From assembly GCF_018977255.1 (NCBI RefSeq), contig NW_024705524.1, positions 1-37,137 on the forward strand: a DNA stretch of 37,137 bases, in the 5' to 3' direction. The notes beneath the pieces are model-generated. The model was not told where the DNA came from and made no database searches. It was given only the letters and a program-made list of their open reading frames with translations. The position numbers and the translations under genes are program-made. Positions 1 through 10,299 of this stretch are shown piece by piece (within the stretch, counting starts at the first letter, position 1; every line of letters begins with the position of its first letter). This stretch comes from Callorhinchus milii. Lineage: Eukaryota.

Positions 1-340
1 CCCGTTGCAAACATGACAGTAATTTGAAATGTAGCACTGTACATCAGAACAATTTGAAAGACGTTAGAGATTTGAAACTGTCCAAGAAGAAAGGGGGAAA
101 ATAAATATATTTTTACATAATACAGGTTTTTTGGGTAAGAGTCGCGCAAATATATAAATATGTCTGTAAACCCACCACCACTCGACAAAGCCAATTAGTA
201 AGGTTTGTCACTTAAACAGAACATGCCAATTCGTTACCAGTACAGCACACCGGTTGTGTTAGAGCAAAGCCCACAACATTTTTCATGTATATTTATTTAA
301 ATCTATATTTGAAAACAGAAAGAGAAACTGGAACATTATT

Positions 341-587
341 TAGATTTAAAGCTTTCGTGACTGCAGGGATTCACATTCTTGGTTATTTCGGTAAAGTCAC
401 GTAGAAGGGAAATAATAAAATAATAAAAATATCAAACAATAAAAATTCTCACGACGTTTCACTGCAACACAAGCAATCATCATCAGGTGTGTGTTGCATG
501 GAAACGTCGTGAGAATTTTTATTGTTTTATATTTCTATTATTTTATTATTTCCCTTCTACGTGACTTTACCGAAAGAACCAAGAATA
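341..587 (-). mobile_element. Palindromic Penelope-type non-autonomous insertion
   Basis: Inverted arms ~375-471 and ~490-586; flanked by 12-bp direct repeat TGGAACATTATT (329-340, 588-599); carries the terminal motif CTGCAGTCACGAAAGCTT on the - strand. Confidence 0.8.
450..489 (-). ncRNA. Minimal type I hammerhead ribozyme (stem II slightly degraded)
   Basis: Reverse complement reads CAC-CTGATGA-T-GATTGC-TTGTGTT-GCAGT-GAAACGTC-GTG. Confidence 0.6.
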
Positions 588-951
588 TGGAACATTATTA
601 TTACAGAATTTGGTGGGACATATGTCGAAAAGAGAATGACTCCAGCTTAGCTTGCAAGAACTAAGAGATACTGTGGCCAGTGGCCTTAATGACAGAGACA
701 GGCAGATCAAATGTTGACGTTTGAATGAAGGCAAATGGACGAGGAAGAACACGGACTGCATTTCACGCAGCCCCATCTCATTCACATCGCCGAGTGTGTC
801 TCGAAACCTTACCACGCCTACAAATATTAACGAACATCGATTAAAGTGGTCCCATTAGATTCACAATTAGTCTGAATCTTTAGTACACATTTAATGCCTA
901 GGAATACAAAACATGTAAGAGAATACAGTTCCTTTAAACAAATTCAAATAT

Positions 952-1538
952 TTAATTTGAAGCTTTCGTGACTGCAGGAATTACTCCTTGGTTCTTTCGG
1001 TAAAGTCACGTAGAAAGAAAAATAAATTAAATAATAGAATACGACGTTTCGATTGCAACACAAGCAATCGTCATCAGGTAGAAAACAACCTAGTGAACTT
1101 AGAAATACAATGCAATACAACAACAGAGAGTCGGCTAACACAACAGTCAGCACCTCACCTGGTTGATTACATTCTTCCAAAGATGTCTAAATTTGAGATA
1201 CAAAACACAGACACGGGGACACACAGACAGACACACAAGCAGAGAGAGACAACACAGAGACACACAACATAGACACACAGTGTGTCTATGTTGTGTCTCT
1301 CTCTGTCTGTGTTTTGTCTCTCAAATGTAGTCATCTTTGGAAGAACGTAATCAACCAGGTAAGGTGCTGACTGTTGTGTTAGCCGACTCTCTGTGTTGGA
1401 TTGCAATGTATTTCTAAGTTCACTAGGTTTGTTTTCTCTTTCATTTGTACCTGATGATTGTTTGTGTTGCAATCGAAACGTCGTATTCTATTATTAATTT
1501 ATTTCTTTCTCAGTGACTTTACCGAAAGAACCAAATAG
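952..1538 (-). mobile_element. Palindromic Penelope-type insertion
   Basis: Imperfect long inverted repeat centred near 1279; 12-bp TSD AAATTCAAATAT (940-951, 1539-1550); same terminal motif as 341-587. Confidence 0.8.
1040..1080 (-). ncRNA. Minimal hammerhead ribozyme, intact core
   Basis: Reverse complement TAC-CTGATGA-C-GATTGC-TTGTGTT-GCAATC-GAAACGTC-GTA. The opposite-arm copy at 1448-1485 (+) has lost 3 nt. Confidence 0.75.
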
Positions 1539-2039
1539 AAATTCAAATATGCTAACTACAACCAAAGCCCTTTGAAGAGTCGTATCTTTAAATCAAATGG
1601 CAGAGCAAAAAGATTTTCACTAATTTCACTGTTTCCATTCAAACATTTCCGAACCTGTGGTGGGCTCATTGCTTGCAGATTAAACACTCAACACGAGTCG
1701 TCATTATTGAGTTCTTGCGGTTTCAGTGGCACATATCGCACAATATCCACAGTTTTGCCATCGTCTGTTGTGCAAAATATCGTAGCTTGATCAGCTATCT
1801 AAAGTAAATTATTCCTGTTAAATGTTAATGATTAACAAAAGCGCAATAATTGAGGTTGGTGCATAAAAAGCTCATTAGGAAAAAAGGGCTCTGGGGCCTA
1901 ACCTACTATCACGTTTAAACATACAAACTGCGCGTATACATCAATACACACGTCGCGCATCATCATCATCATTCACCTCACCTTTAACAACAACAAAGAC
2001 GACGACGAGGAACACAAACGCGAGTAAAAGAGTAAACAT

Positions 2040-2240
2040 TAGCGAGCGTGCGCCTGCCGTGCACGCGGCCGAGGGCCCAACCCGCGCTGAGCGGTGACGC
2101 GCCGCGTTCAGTGCCGCGTCACGGATTGGCGCCTCCTCGCGTGCACAGAGCGAGGCGGGCACAGGGGGCGGGCGGCGTTGCCTAGGCGACGTCGTCAACA
2201 ACAACCGCCATTGGCTACAAAGTGGAGGTGACGTCACCAC
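2040..2240. promoter_or_regulatory. CpG-rich promoter-like segment
   Basis: High CpG density; ATTGG (CCAAT) at 2125-2129; GGGGCGGG near 2165; RFX X-box-like GTTGCCTAGGCGAC at 2177-2190; CRE TGACGTCA at 2229-2236. Confidence 0.5.
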
Positions 2241-2630
2241 GACGCTTGTGCGAGGCGAGGTGCACGTTGAGGCTGCCACGTGTTGAGTGTCGAAGGCCCG
2301 CTGGCACGAGGTCACGGGGCAGACCCAGCAGGTGCCACGGGTCGACTGACTGAGATGACTGGCAGATGCACCACCTGTGTCCCCTACTGTGCCAACTTGC
2401 TGAGTTTTATCCACACACACACAACAACAACCGCCATTCGCCACTAAGTGGCGGTGACGTCACCACGACGCTTGTGCCAGGCTAGGTGCATGTTGAGGCC
2501 ACGTGTTCAGTGTCGAACGTCACGGGCAGACCCAGCAGGTGCCACGGGTCGACTGACTGAGATGACCGAGATGAGTGGCTGATGCACCACCTGTGCCCCT
2601 ACTGTGCCATCTTGCTGTGCTTTAGCCACC
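2198..2630. repeat. Diverged tandem duplication, ~220-bp unit
   Basis: ACAACAACCGCCATT...GGTGACGTCACCACGACGCTTGTG...GCAGACCCAGCAGGTGCCACGGGTCGACTGACTGAGATGAC occurs twice (~2198-2420 and ~2421-2630). Confidence 0.85.
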
Positions 2631-2639
2631 CGGCGCTTC

Positions 2640-2760
2640 GACGATTTGCTTGTGTGGCGATCGAAACGTTGTGAACCATTATTATTTTTTCTCCCTACGG
2701 GACTTTACCGAAACAACCAAAGAGTATGGATTCCTGCAGTCACGAAAGCTTCAAATCAAG
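2640..2760 (+). mobile_element. Penelope-type 3' end fragment with decayed hammerhead half
   Basis: GCTTGTGTGGCGATCGAAACGTTGTG...GACTTTACCGAAACAACCAA...CCTGCAGTCACGAAAGCTTCAAATC. Confidence 0.7.
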
Positions 2761-3345
2761 ATTAATTAGTGTTTACATGTGAGAGGAAATCGGAGCACCT
2801 GGAGAAATCCAAGCAAATGGGGGGCCAACGCTCTATCACAAAAAGAGATGGAACAGGCGGAGTCCACATTTTTCGATACCGCCTTCTCTACCTCCTTGAC
2901 GACCAACGGGGTGGGAGTTTTCGCAACATTTTTGTAATCCCCAACCCTCACCTCCACGCAGTCGTGGATTACAGGCATACATAGCCACAACCACCCGGCT
3001 AAAGTAGCTGTAATGCACATCTACAATTCTACAAAAAGGTCATGGGTCAATTGGTTTGATTTCTATGCAAATAAACCAGTCTCCAACGTATGCACATTTA
3101 GATTCGCGTTCGGCCGCCAATGGAACAGGTGGAGTGCAAAAGCAAAGTGGATGTACTGATTGTATCTTCATTGTGGGACTCATCCAGCAGTGGAGTGACA
3201 TGGGCTTCAGGTATCCACGTGTAGACGGGCAATAAACACTGGGGTCACCTAGCGATAAATGTTTGCCGGTGCACATTGGGACCGGCTCACACGTAGATGG
3301 CCACAGGCAGTCTCCAGCCACTGGCGTGCAACGCAGCGAAGGGAA

Positions 3346-3440
3346 TGGATGAGTGGGTGAGTGGATGAGTGGATGAGTGGGTGAGTGGGTGAGTGGATGC
3401 GTGGGTGATTGAATGGGTGAATGGGTGACTGGATGAGTGG
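3346..3440. repeat. Short GAGTGGGT/GAGTGGAT satellite
   Basis: Same unit as 6830-7712; preceded (3126-3345) by a copy of 6072-6291. Confidence 0.9.
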
Positions 3441-4891
3441 GAACAGTGTTGTTGATCTCCCATTTTTGCCAGTGCATCCAAGTCTGGAGTTATTTTGGTT
3501 GTGGCAATTCTCAGGATAGATCTGAGGTGCTGATCCGTTAACTTTGATCTGTGACGGGCTTGTTGGCGTTCATGACGCTGAATGTCTGCTCACACACATA
3601 AGTCGAGCCAAACAAAGTCAGTATCTTCTGTGCAGTCCTCCGGAGGTTTGGAAACGTGGCTCTGTTAAGTGAAGCATAAAAGTCATTCAGTTTAACAGAG
3701 TTGAACTTCTCCTTTAGGACGGAGTCAGACTGAAGATCTATCAGTTCCAACTGTAGCTCCTGTGGTGCTGTTTCAGGGTCTTGTGACAGGGGGCAGGACA
3801 CCAGCTGAAGTGACTGTTCAATGTTTTCGAAATCAGAGAACCTATGGCAGAATCCTCCGTGCAGGTCCTCAAGTGATTTGCTGTATTTTTTGCGTTTCGC
3901 GGTGCCTCTTCCTGCATGGCAAGTGTGGGGAAATGAGCGAAAGATTTGTTCGCAATTTGTCCGGAGAACAAAGTGAGCTTGGATTTGAAGGCTTTCACAT
4001 GTTTGCACATGTCGTGAACAAACTGATCTTTCCCCTGCAGTTTCACATTCAGCTCATTCATGTGTGAAAATATGTCCACAGCAAACGCAAAGTCACTAAG
4101 CCAGTTCTTGTCGCTTAGCTCAGGGAATTCGTCAGATTTCCCCATCAACTCCAAAAATGCGATGATATCTTCTTTCAGCTCCCACACTCGTAACACTTTC
4201 CCCAAACTTAACCAGCGGACACGAGAGTGGTACAGCAAGTCCTGATGATCCGCATCAGTTTCCTCCAGGAACGTAATAAACTGACGGTGCTGAAGTCCCC
4301 TTGCTCGTATAAAGTTCACACGTTTACGACTGGATTCACGACATGATTAAGCTGCAATACAGACTTACACAGGATTCCTGATGGATGATGCAGTGAAGGA
4401 AAATAAGATCCTGGACAGGGTTTTCCTCTTTCACTTTATCCTGGATTCTTTTCAGCAGCCCAACATTTTTTCCAGTTAAATTTGGGAGATCCATCCATTG
4501 TGACATTGACAAGTTTACTCAAAGTAGCGTCATTCTTTCGATGACAGCAGATACCTGGTTATACAAGTCCTCTCCCCGCGTTGTTCCTTTCACGGACTCC
4601 ATGGTCAAAAACTCCTCTGTTATCGCAAAACTGTCGTCAATGCCTCGGATAAAAATGAGGAGCTGAGCAGTGTCTTTTACGTCCGTACTTTCTTCCAGTG
4701 CTAGTGAATATAATTCAAAGGAATCAGACTTTTTGTTTAATTGACTGGCTATATTTTTATCAATCAGTTCCACACGGCGAGTCACAGTCCTGCGTGATAA
4801 ACTGACTTTTTCAAATTTGCTTTTGATCTCCGGACACAAGATGTCTGCTGTCTGTACCATGTATTCTTTTACAAACTTGCTTTCGGAGAAA
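3436..4891 (-). pseudogene. hAT transposase pseudogene (GTF2IRD2-like), copy A
   Basis: Frameshifted fragments with SLALEESTD, LLYHSRVRWLSLG and FGSTYVCEQTFS motifs. Confidence 0.9.
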
Positions 4892-4892
4892 G

Positions 4893-5080
4893 TGGTAATG
4901 AGTGGTAATGTTGGTGAGAAGAAGTTTTTAAAGAAAATTGAAATCGAAGTGAAGAAGGAAATTATTGAAAAGTTTGTATAATTAATGATTTTTCAAACTT
5001 TAATTATGTTTTCTGTGCTTAAAACTTTTTAAAAAAACTGTGGGGTCTAGAACGGACTCGTGAAATTCGGAGAGAACTCG
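4893..5080 (+). mobile_element. Tigger/pogo-like fragment inside hAT family 1 (also ~19831-20020 and from 27208)
   Basis: Encodes MSGNVGEKKFLKKIEIEVKKEIIEKF, resembling the pogo/Tigger N-terminal HTH start; sits where the hAT BED-finger region should be. Confidence 0.4.
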
Positions 5081-5575
5081 GAGTTAAGTTTTGTTTGTTT
5101 TGTAATTACACAAAGCGTAACAGTTATGTATATAACTTTTGTTATATAAAATTCCTAGTAAGATATTAATTTTGTGATGTAGTCATACCCCTCCCCCTCA
5201 TTCAAGCCGTAATTTTATAGAGCGAAAGCGCCGAGTACGTAAATCGCTAACATAAGAACCCGTTAATCTCTTCTCGCATCATTCATACGATGATGCGGTG
5301 AAGTAAACGTTCATACGATATTACAGTGAATGCTTCCAAAAACAATACTGTACCCAAATATTACTGTTAACTTACTTTCAATAGAAACATGAATTGCTCA
5401 TACGAATATTATCTCTCTCTCCCGGTCAAAGTCCGCCATCTATTGGGGAAATGGGGGCATTACAGGAGGAAGGTAAAATTTAATTTAATAATAATATTTG
5501 GACAAGTTCGGCGGGCCGGATTAAAAAGCCCAACGGGCCGTATACGCCCAACGGGCCGTACTTTGCCCATGTCTG

Positions 5576-6071
5576 GCCTAGGTACACAGCCTAGATACAC
5601 TACTCTGGCTACGCTCTGGGGTCCTTCGGCTACAATTACCCTAGGGGAGGCTACCTGACCCGACCCAGCCAAGGTGCGGGTCTGGACTCTGGCTTCCTCG
5701 GAACTCGCCCTTACAAGGACGTAGAGCCGGGAGTCCCAGAGTCCCACCACTGGCCCTCACAGCGTCCCGGCCCTTACAAGGACAAGCGGGACGAGGGGGT
5801 CCAGGGTCCTAAGCTGGCTGGCTGGCGGTCTTGGGTCTTGAGCTGCGACTGGCCCCGATCGGCCAGGGAGCTGCCCTTTTATGCCTCGTCCCCAACGAGG
5901 GGTGGGGTTGTGTGCGCCCCCAGATATCCCACAGAGCACACACAGCCCCCCGTTGGTGGCGCCAAGGGGCTTAACTGTCTGGGGTGCCTGGGATCCTACG
6001 CCTGGCGCCGAGGGCTTATCTGTCTAGGGTCCCAGAGCCCCCAGCAGCCCCTCCCCTCTTATGGCACTACA
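5576..6071 (-). mobile_element. LTR-like segment truncated at the hAT end (copies 20512-21021 and 28731-29245)
   Basis: - strand begins TGTAGTGCC and has a TATA-like CATAAAAGG; its ...ACTACA end abuts CAGGT(A/G)GAGTGC, which also occurs at 3126 without this segment. Confidence 0.5.
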
Positions 6072-6829
6072 CAGGTAGAGTGCAAAAGCAAAGTGGATGT
6101 ACTGATTGTATCTTCATTGCGGGACTCATCCAGCAGTGGAGTGACACGGGCTTCAGGTATCCACGTGTAGACGGGCAATAAACACTGGGTCACCTAGCGA
6201 TAAATGTTTGCCGGTGCACATTGGGACCGGCTCACACGTCACTGGCCCCAGGCAGCCCCCAGCCACTGGCGTGCAACGCAGCGAAGGGAATCTCCCACCA
6301 ATGAGAACCACGCACAACCCAGGGTGCAGTCCTATAACTTGGACTCGCAAACACAACAAAACCCGTAGCTGTCAACCCACACGGTTTACCCGTATTCTGT
6401 TGGGGGAAAGTGAGTTTTCAGGTCCATACGGCAACAGCCGTTTAAAACGGGCAACATTTGTGTTAAGTCTATTTGTGTGTGCTTCTCCCTTGTGATGGGA
6501 CTTTGTAGGATGAACGTTGAGATTTATAAGGGGCACGGGGTGACCAACAAGGTCTGAATTGGTCTGTAATAAGATAGGCAATGATAAGGGGTTGACAGCT
6601 ATGCAAACCCCACACAATACAAAACGCCAAGCGGCCAGCAACAACAAAAAATAATACATAACTGTCCAATGAGTAATTAGATAATTAAGATCATAGAAAC
6701 ACGTTCCTTAAATTGATCAAGTTTATTGTTGCAAGAGTTTGGGGAAATAGGAAGACCGGGTGGGGATTCCAGAGTGGAGCAGTGCAAACTGATAAAGCTG
6801 AAAAGAGTGAGGTGACCTGCATGGTGGTG

Positions 6830-7712
6830 AGCGGGTGGGTGAGTAAATGGGTGAGTGTTTGAGTAAACGAGTGGATGAGTGTGTGATAGGGTGATTGAGT
6901 CAGTGACCGGATGTGTGGGTGACTGGATGAGTGGGTTACTGGATTAATGGGTTACTGGATGAGTGGGGAGTGGATGAGTCGGTGAGTGGATGAGTCGGTG
7001 AGTGGGTAAGTTGGTGAGTGGATGAGTGGGTGAGTGGGTGAGTTGATGGGTGGGTGAGTGGGTGAGTGGATGCGTGGGTGACTGGATGAGTGGGTGACTG
7101 GATAAGTGGGTGACTGGATGAGTGGGTGATAGGGTAATTGGTGGGTGACTGGATGAGTGTGTGAAAGGGTGATTGAGTGAGTGACTAGATGATTTAGTGA
7201 CTGGATGAGGTGACTGGATGAGTGGGTGAATGAGTGAGTGGGTGGGTGGGTGAGTGGATGAGTGGGTGAGTGGATGCGTGGGTGATTGAATGGGTGACTT
7301 GATGAGTGGGAGACTGGATGAGTGGGTGAGTGGATGAGTGGGTGAGTGGATGAGTGGGTGGGTGAGTGAGTGGATGCGTGGGTGATTGAAGGGGTGACTG
7401 GATGAGTGGGTGACTGGATGAGTGGGTGACTGGATGAGTGGGTGACTGGATGAGTGGGTGATAGGGTAATTGCGTGGGTGACTGGATGAGTGTGTGATAG
7501 GGTGATTGGATGAGTGGGTGACTGGATGAGTGGGTGATAGAGTGATTAAGTGAGTGGGTGACTGGATGAGTGGGTGATAGGGTGATTGAGTGAGTGGTGA
7601 CTGATGGTATTGAGTGGGTGACTGGATGAGTGGGTGATGAGGTGATGTTGAGTGGTGGTGATAGGGTGATTGAGTGTGATGGATGAGTGGGTGACTGGAT
7701 GAGTGGGTGACC
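6830..7712. repeat. G-rich satellite (GGATGAGTGGGTGACT)n and variants
   Basis: Directly visible 4/12/16-nt periodicity; the source of the spurious His/Pro/Ser/Thr ORFs. Confidence 0.95.
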
Positions 7713-8067
7713 GAGTTGTTTAGTTGAGTGCGTTGTTGTGAACTGCAGTGAGGCGCGGTGGTTGAACGCGGAGTGGAAGAGACCGAGTCCCTTAACGTGG
7801 GTGGAGGGGGAATCAACGAGGTGAAGTTCACTGCAACATTCACCACGGTGGTGGTAGTAGTCGCAGCGAAAAAACGAGTGATACTGGTGCGCGTGGAAAG
7901 ATGAATTAATGGCGATGCGAGGTGGTGAGGAGGTGGGAGGAGGCGAAGAGGAGGGTACAGGAGGTGAGGCGAGGATGCGAGGTGGTGTAGAGGAGGCGAA
8001 GAGGAGGGTAGAGTGGCGTAGTGAGGAGGCGAGGTGGCATGGTGAGGAGGTGTGTAGAGGAGGGTGC

Positions 8068-8211
8068 CCCGCTCTTGGCGTTGATCTTGGTGAACACGTG
8101 TCCGCGCCCCGTCTCGTAGCTCTGCCCGGCGCTGATGCAGCCTCCACCGGCCGCAGCGCCCAGCGGCCTCGCCGAGTCCGTGCCCAGCTCCGCTCTGAGC
8201 AAGCTCTCCAT
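8068..8211 (-). pseudogene. FN3KRP: Exon 1 of a fructosamine-3-kinase family gene (FN3K/FN3KRP-like), apparently orphan
   Basis: MESLLRAELGTDSARPLGAAAGGGCISAGQSYETGRGHVFTKINAKSG matches the FN3K/FN3KRP N-terminus (ME.LLR.EL...GGGCIS.G.SY.T..G.VF.K.N). Similarity stops near the expected exon end, followed by GCACCC rather than GT. Paralogue assignment is uncertain. Confidence 0.8.
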
Positions 8212-8475
8212 TGCGCGCCGTCTGCTCGCAGCGACAAACACAACGATAAACTCCCCCCCCCCCCCCCGTGGCCTCTAACAGACTTATTTCCTATGGAGAG
8301 GTGATTTCTTTAAACAAAAGGAAGGAGCAGCAATGGGCTCTCCTTTATCTCCTGCTATAGCGAATCTGTACATGGGAAACTTTGAAGCAAGAGCACTTGC
8401 TTCAAGTACATTAAAACCATCTTTTTGGTTTAGTTGTTGTCTGCCCACATGGTAATGATACACTTAATGAATGAA

Positions 8476-8609
8476 TGAAAATTTGGTTGGAGGCCCCTTT
8501 GATGTTATGATTTTTTTCACCCACTAGCTAGCAGTGACTCTAGGGGGCCCTCTGCTGGCCACGGGCCCTTTGAAATTGCAAGGGTCGCTTAGTGGCTGGG
8601 CCGGCTCTG
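8476..8609. mobile_element. One-ended hAT-like MITE fragment interrupting the RT
   Basis: Non-RT sequence ending GGGCCGGCTCTG (rc CAGAGCCGGCCC) with GGGCCC subterminal motifs; RT similarity resumes afterwards. Confidence 0.4.
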
Positions 8610-9251
8610 GTCTAAATAATCTCAATTAAAAAAAAACCCGGCCATACAGTTGACCATGGAAATGGAGGTGAATAACACACTCCCTTTCCTGGATATTTTG
8701 CTCGGACGAGGCCTAAATGGTAAAATAACACACTGCGTTTACCGAAAGGGAACCCCGCACAGAAATCATCTCTCATCAAGACGCTCATACATCAGGCTGA
8801 AACAATGTCAGATGGTGAAAGTCTGAGGAGAGAGATTAAACATGTCAAAGAAGCGCTACGATTGAATGGCTACAATAATGCTCAAATTAACAGAGCAGTG
8901 AATACCAAACCTAGATCGAACAGCAATACTGCTGAAAGCGATCAGATTATTAAAACTATTAAAATACCACATATCGCGGGAGTAACTGACAAATTAGTTC
9001 TAGTTTTGGAAAAGCAAAAAATCTAAGTAAGATTTGGAATGGTACACAAGTTTTTTTTTTAATCTGGTACTAAAGATGAATTGCCTAAGTTATCAACATA
9101 TGGTGTGTATCGGATTAATTGCTTATGTGGCAGATGTTATATTGGACAGAAGGGACATAACATTAGCGTAAGACTAAAAGAACACCAAATAATTATTAAA
9201 CATAACTGTTGGAAGTTGCAGAACATGCTTTCCAACAACGACACTCAAATT

Positions 9252-9470
9252 CATCTTCTTGGTTCTTTCGGTAAAGTCACGTAGAAGGGAAGTAATAAAA
9301 TAAAAAATAAAAAACATAATAATATTACTTTATTTTATCATATAATATTATTATATTATTATTTATTTTATTATGTTTTCTTTTTATTATTTTATTACTT
9401 CCCTTCTATGTGACTTTACCGAAAGAACCAAGAAGATGAATCCCTGCAGTCACGAAAGCTTTAAATCGAA
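9252..9470 (+). mobile_element. Short palindromic Penelope-type insertion (no hammerhead) inside the GIY-YIG region
   Basis: Inverted arms around an AT-rich centre; 12-bp TSD GACACTCAAATT (9240-9251, 9471-9482). Confidence 0.85.
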
Positions 9471-10090
9471 GACACTCAAATTATTTTGATAACAATGAAG
9501 TTTGTGTAAAACTAATTATTACTGGCCAAGACAAATTCGCGAATCCATTGAAACTGACAGAAATACAAATAATTTTAACCGCTCTGACAGCTACAGGCTT
9601 AGTGCGGCTGGAAGCGTGTTATTAAGTAATTGTGATTGTAAGATGAGGAGATGAAGGCAGAAGAAGACGTGGGGCGATGTGGTGATGCGGTCGAACGTGG
9701 TGGCCCGTGGAGCGGAGGGAGAGATGGCGCGGGACGGGGCGGTGTGGAGAAGGTGGCAAGGACGGCGGACCCCACGTGAGTGGACAAACGCGTGGAAGAA
9801 GAAGACATCTTACATTTATCATTACTTATAGAGGAAACATACTAATTAAATGATTACTAATCAATTATATAATTTATACTTACGCGATCTAACCCAAAAA
9901 AACTTTGTTATGAAATTAGGGCAATTTATTAAATATATTGTATACAAGAAAATACAGCAATTGACTAAAAATAGAGGTTACCTCGGCAGCAGTGAACATG
10001 ACGGAATTTCATCATGGAAATGTCCGCAGCACAAAACCTTGAGTTCATCGCCCCACACGTGGTACCTCAGCCTCAGGATGAAATAAATCA

Positions 10091-10299
10091 TCAGGAAGTT
10101 CTCCGTGTGCATCGTGCGCGCTCCAAATCCGTAGTTGGGCCGCTGTCTTGGCACCCAGCCAGCCGCCTTCTCTTCTTGGGGCAGTCGGAGTCGAGCGCGC
10201 TATCGAAGGGCACGTGGTGAACGCTCAGGACGTGTCTCTTGAGCTGCGACTTCTGTGTCGCTCTGTACGAGCAGTCACTGCACGGGAAGGGCTTTTCCT
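10091..10299 (-). CDS. Terminal coding exon of C2H2 zinc-finger gene
   Basis: Acceptor TTGTGTTCCAG|AG; EKPFPCSDCSYRATQKSQLKRHVLSVH finger; phase-1 compatible with the donor at 11343; stop at 10091-10093. Confidence 0.75.

Larger units (their letters stand above)
3436..5575 (-). mobile_element. hAT (Charlie/SPIN-like) transposon family 1, copy A, truncated at the transposase 3' end
   Basis: Right end TTTGCCCATGTCTG at 5575; near-identical to 17855-20511 but lacks the 500-bp insert and the left TIR. Confidence 0.9.
8279..9625 (+). mobile_element. Decayed Penelope-like retroelement (RT C-terminal half + GIY-YIG endonuclease)
   Basis: QTYFLWRGDFFKQKEGAAMGSPLSPAIANLYM; IQLTMEMEVNNTLPFLD...VYRKGT; LRLNGY; GVYRINCLCGRCYIGQ...RLKEH; RQIRESIE...NNFNR. 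The YVDD region is missing; stops and frameshifts present. Confidence 0.9.

Noticed and set aside
1448..1485. Additional active hammerhead
   Set aside because: A 3-nt deletion means the core and a full stem II cannot both form.
1941..2444. 167-aa ORF
   Set aside because: GC-rich promoter-like and duplicated sequence; no recognisable domain.
2766..3020. Short overlapping ORFs and a V-SINE-like fragment (also ~12712-12770)
   Set aside because: Similarity is too short and diverged to support a call; no FN3K exon 2 match.
6660..6820. Possible LINE 3' end on the - strand (LWN..P..FP-like)
   Set aside because: Only a weak motif resemblance; not supportable without a search.
6830..7712. CRISPR-like or telomeric array
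   Set aside because: No unique spacers and the unit is not TTAGGG; it is a simple satellite.
6944..7846. 300-aa and 349-aa His/Pro/Ser/Thr-rich ORFs
   Set aside because: Mostly translations of the satellite's C-rich strand, which lacks stop codons.
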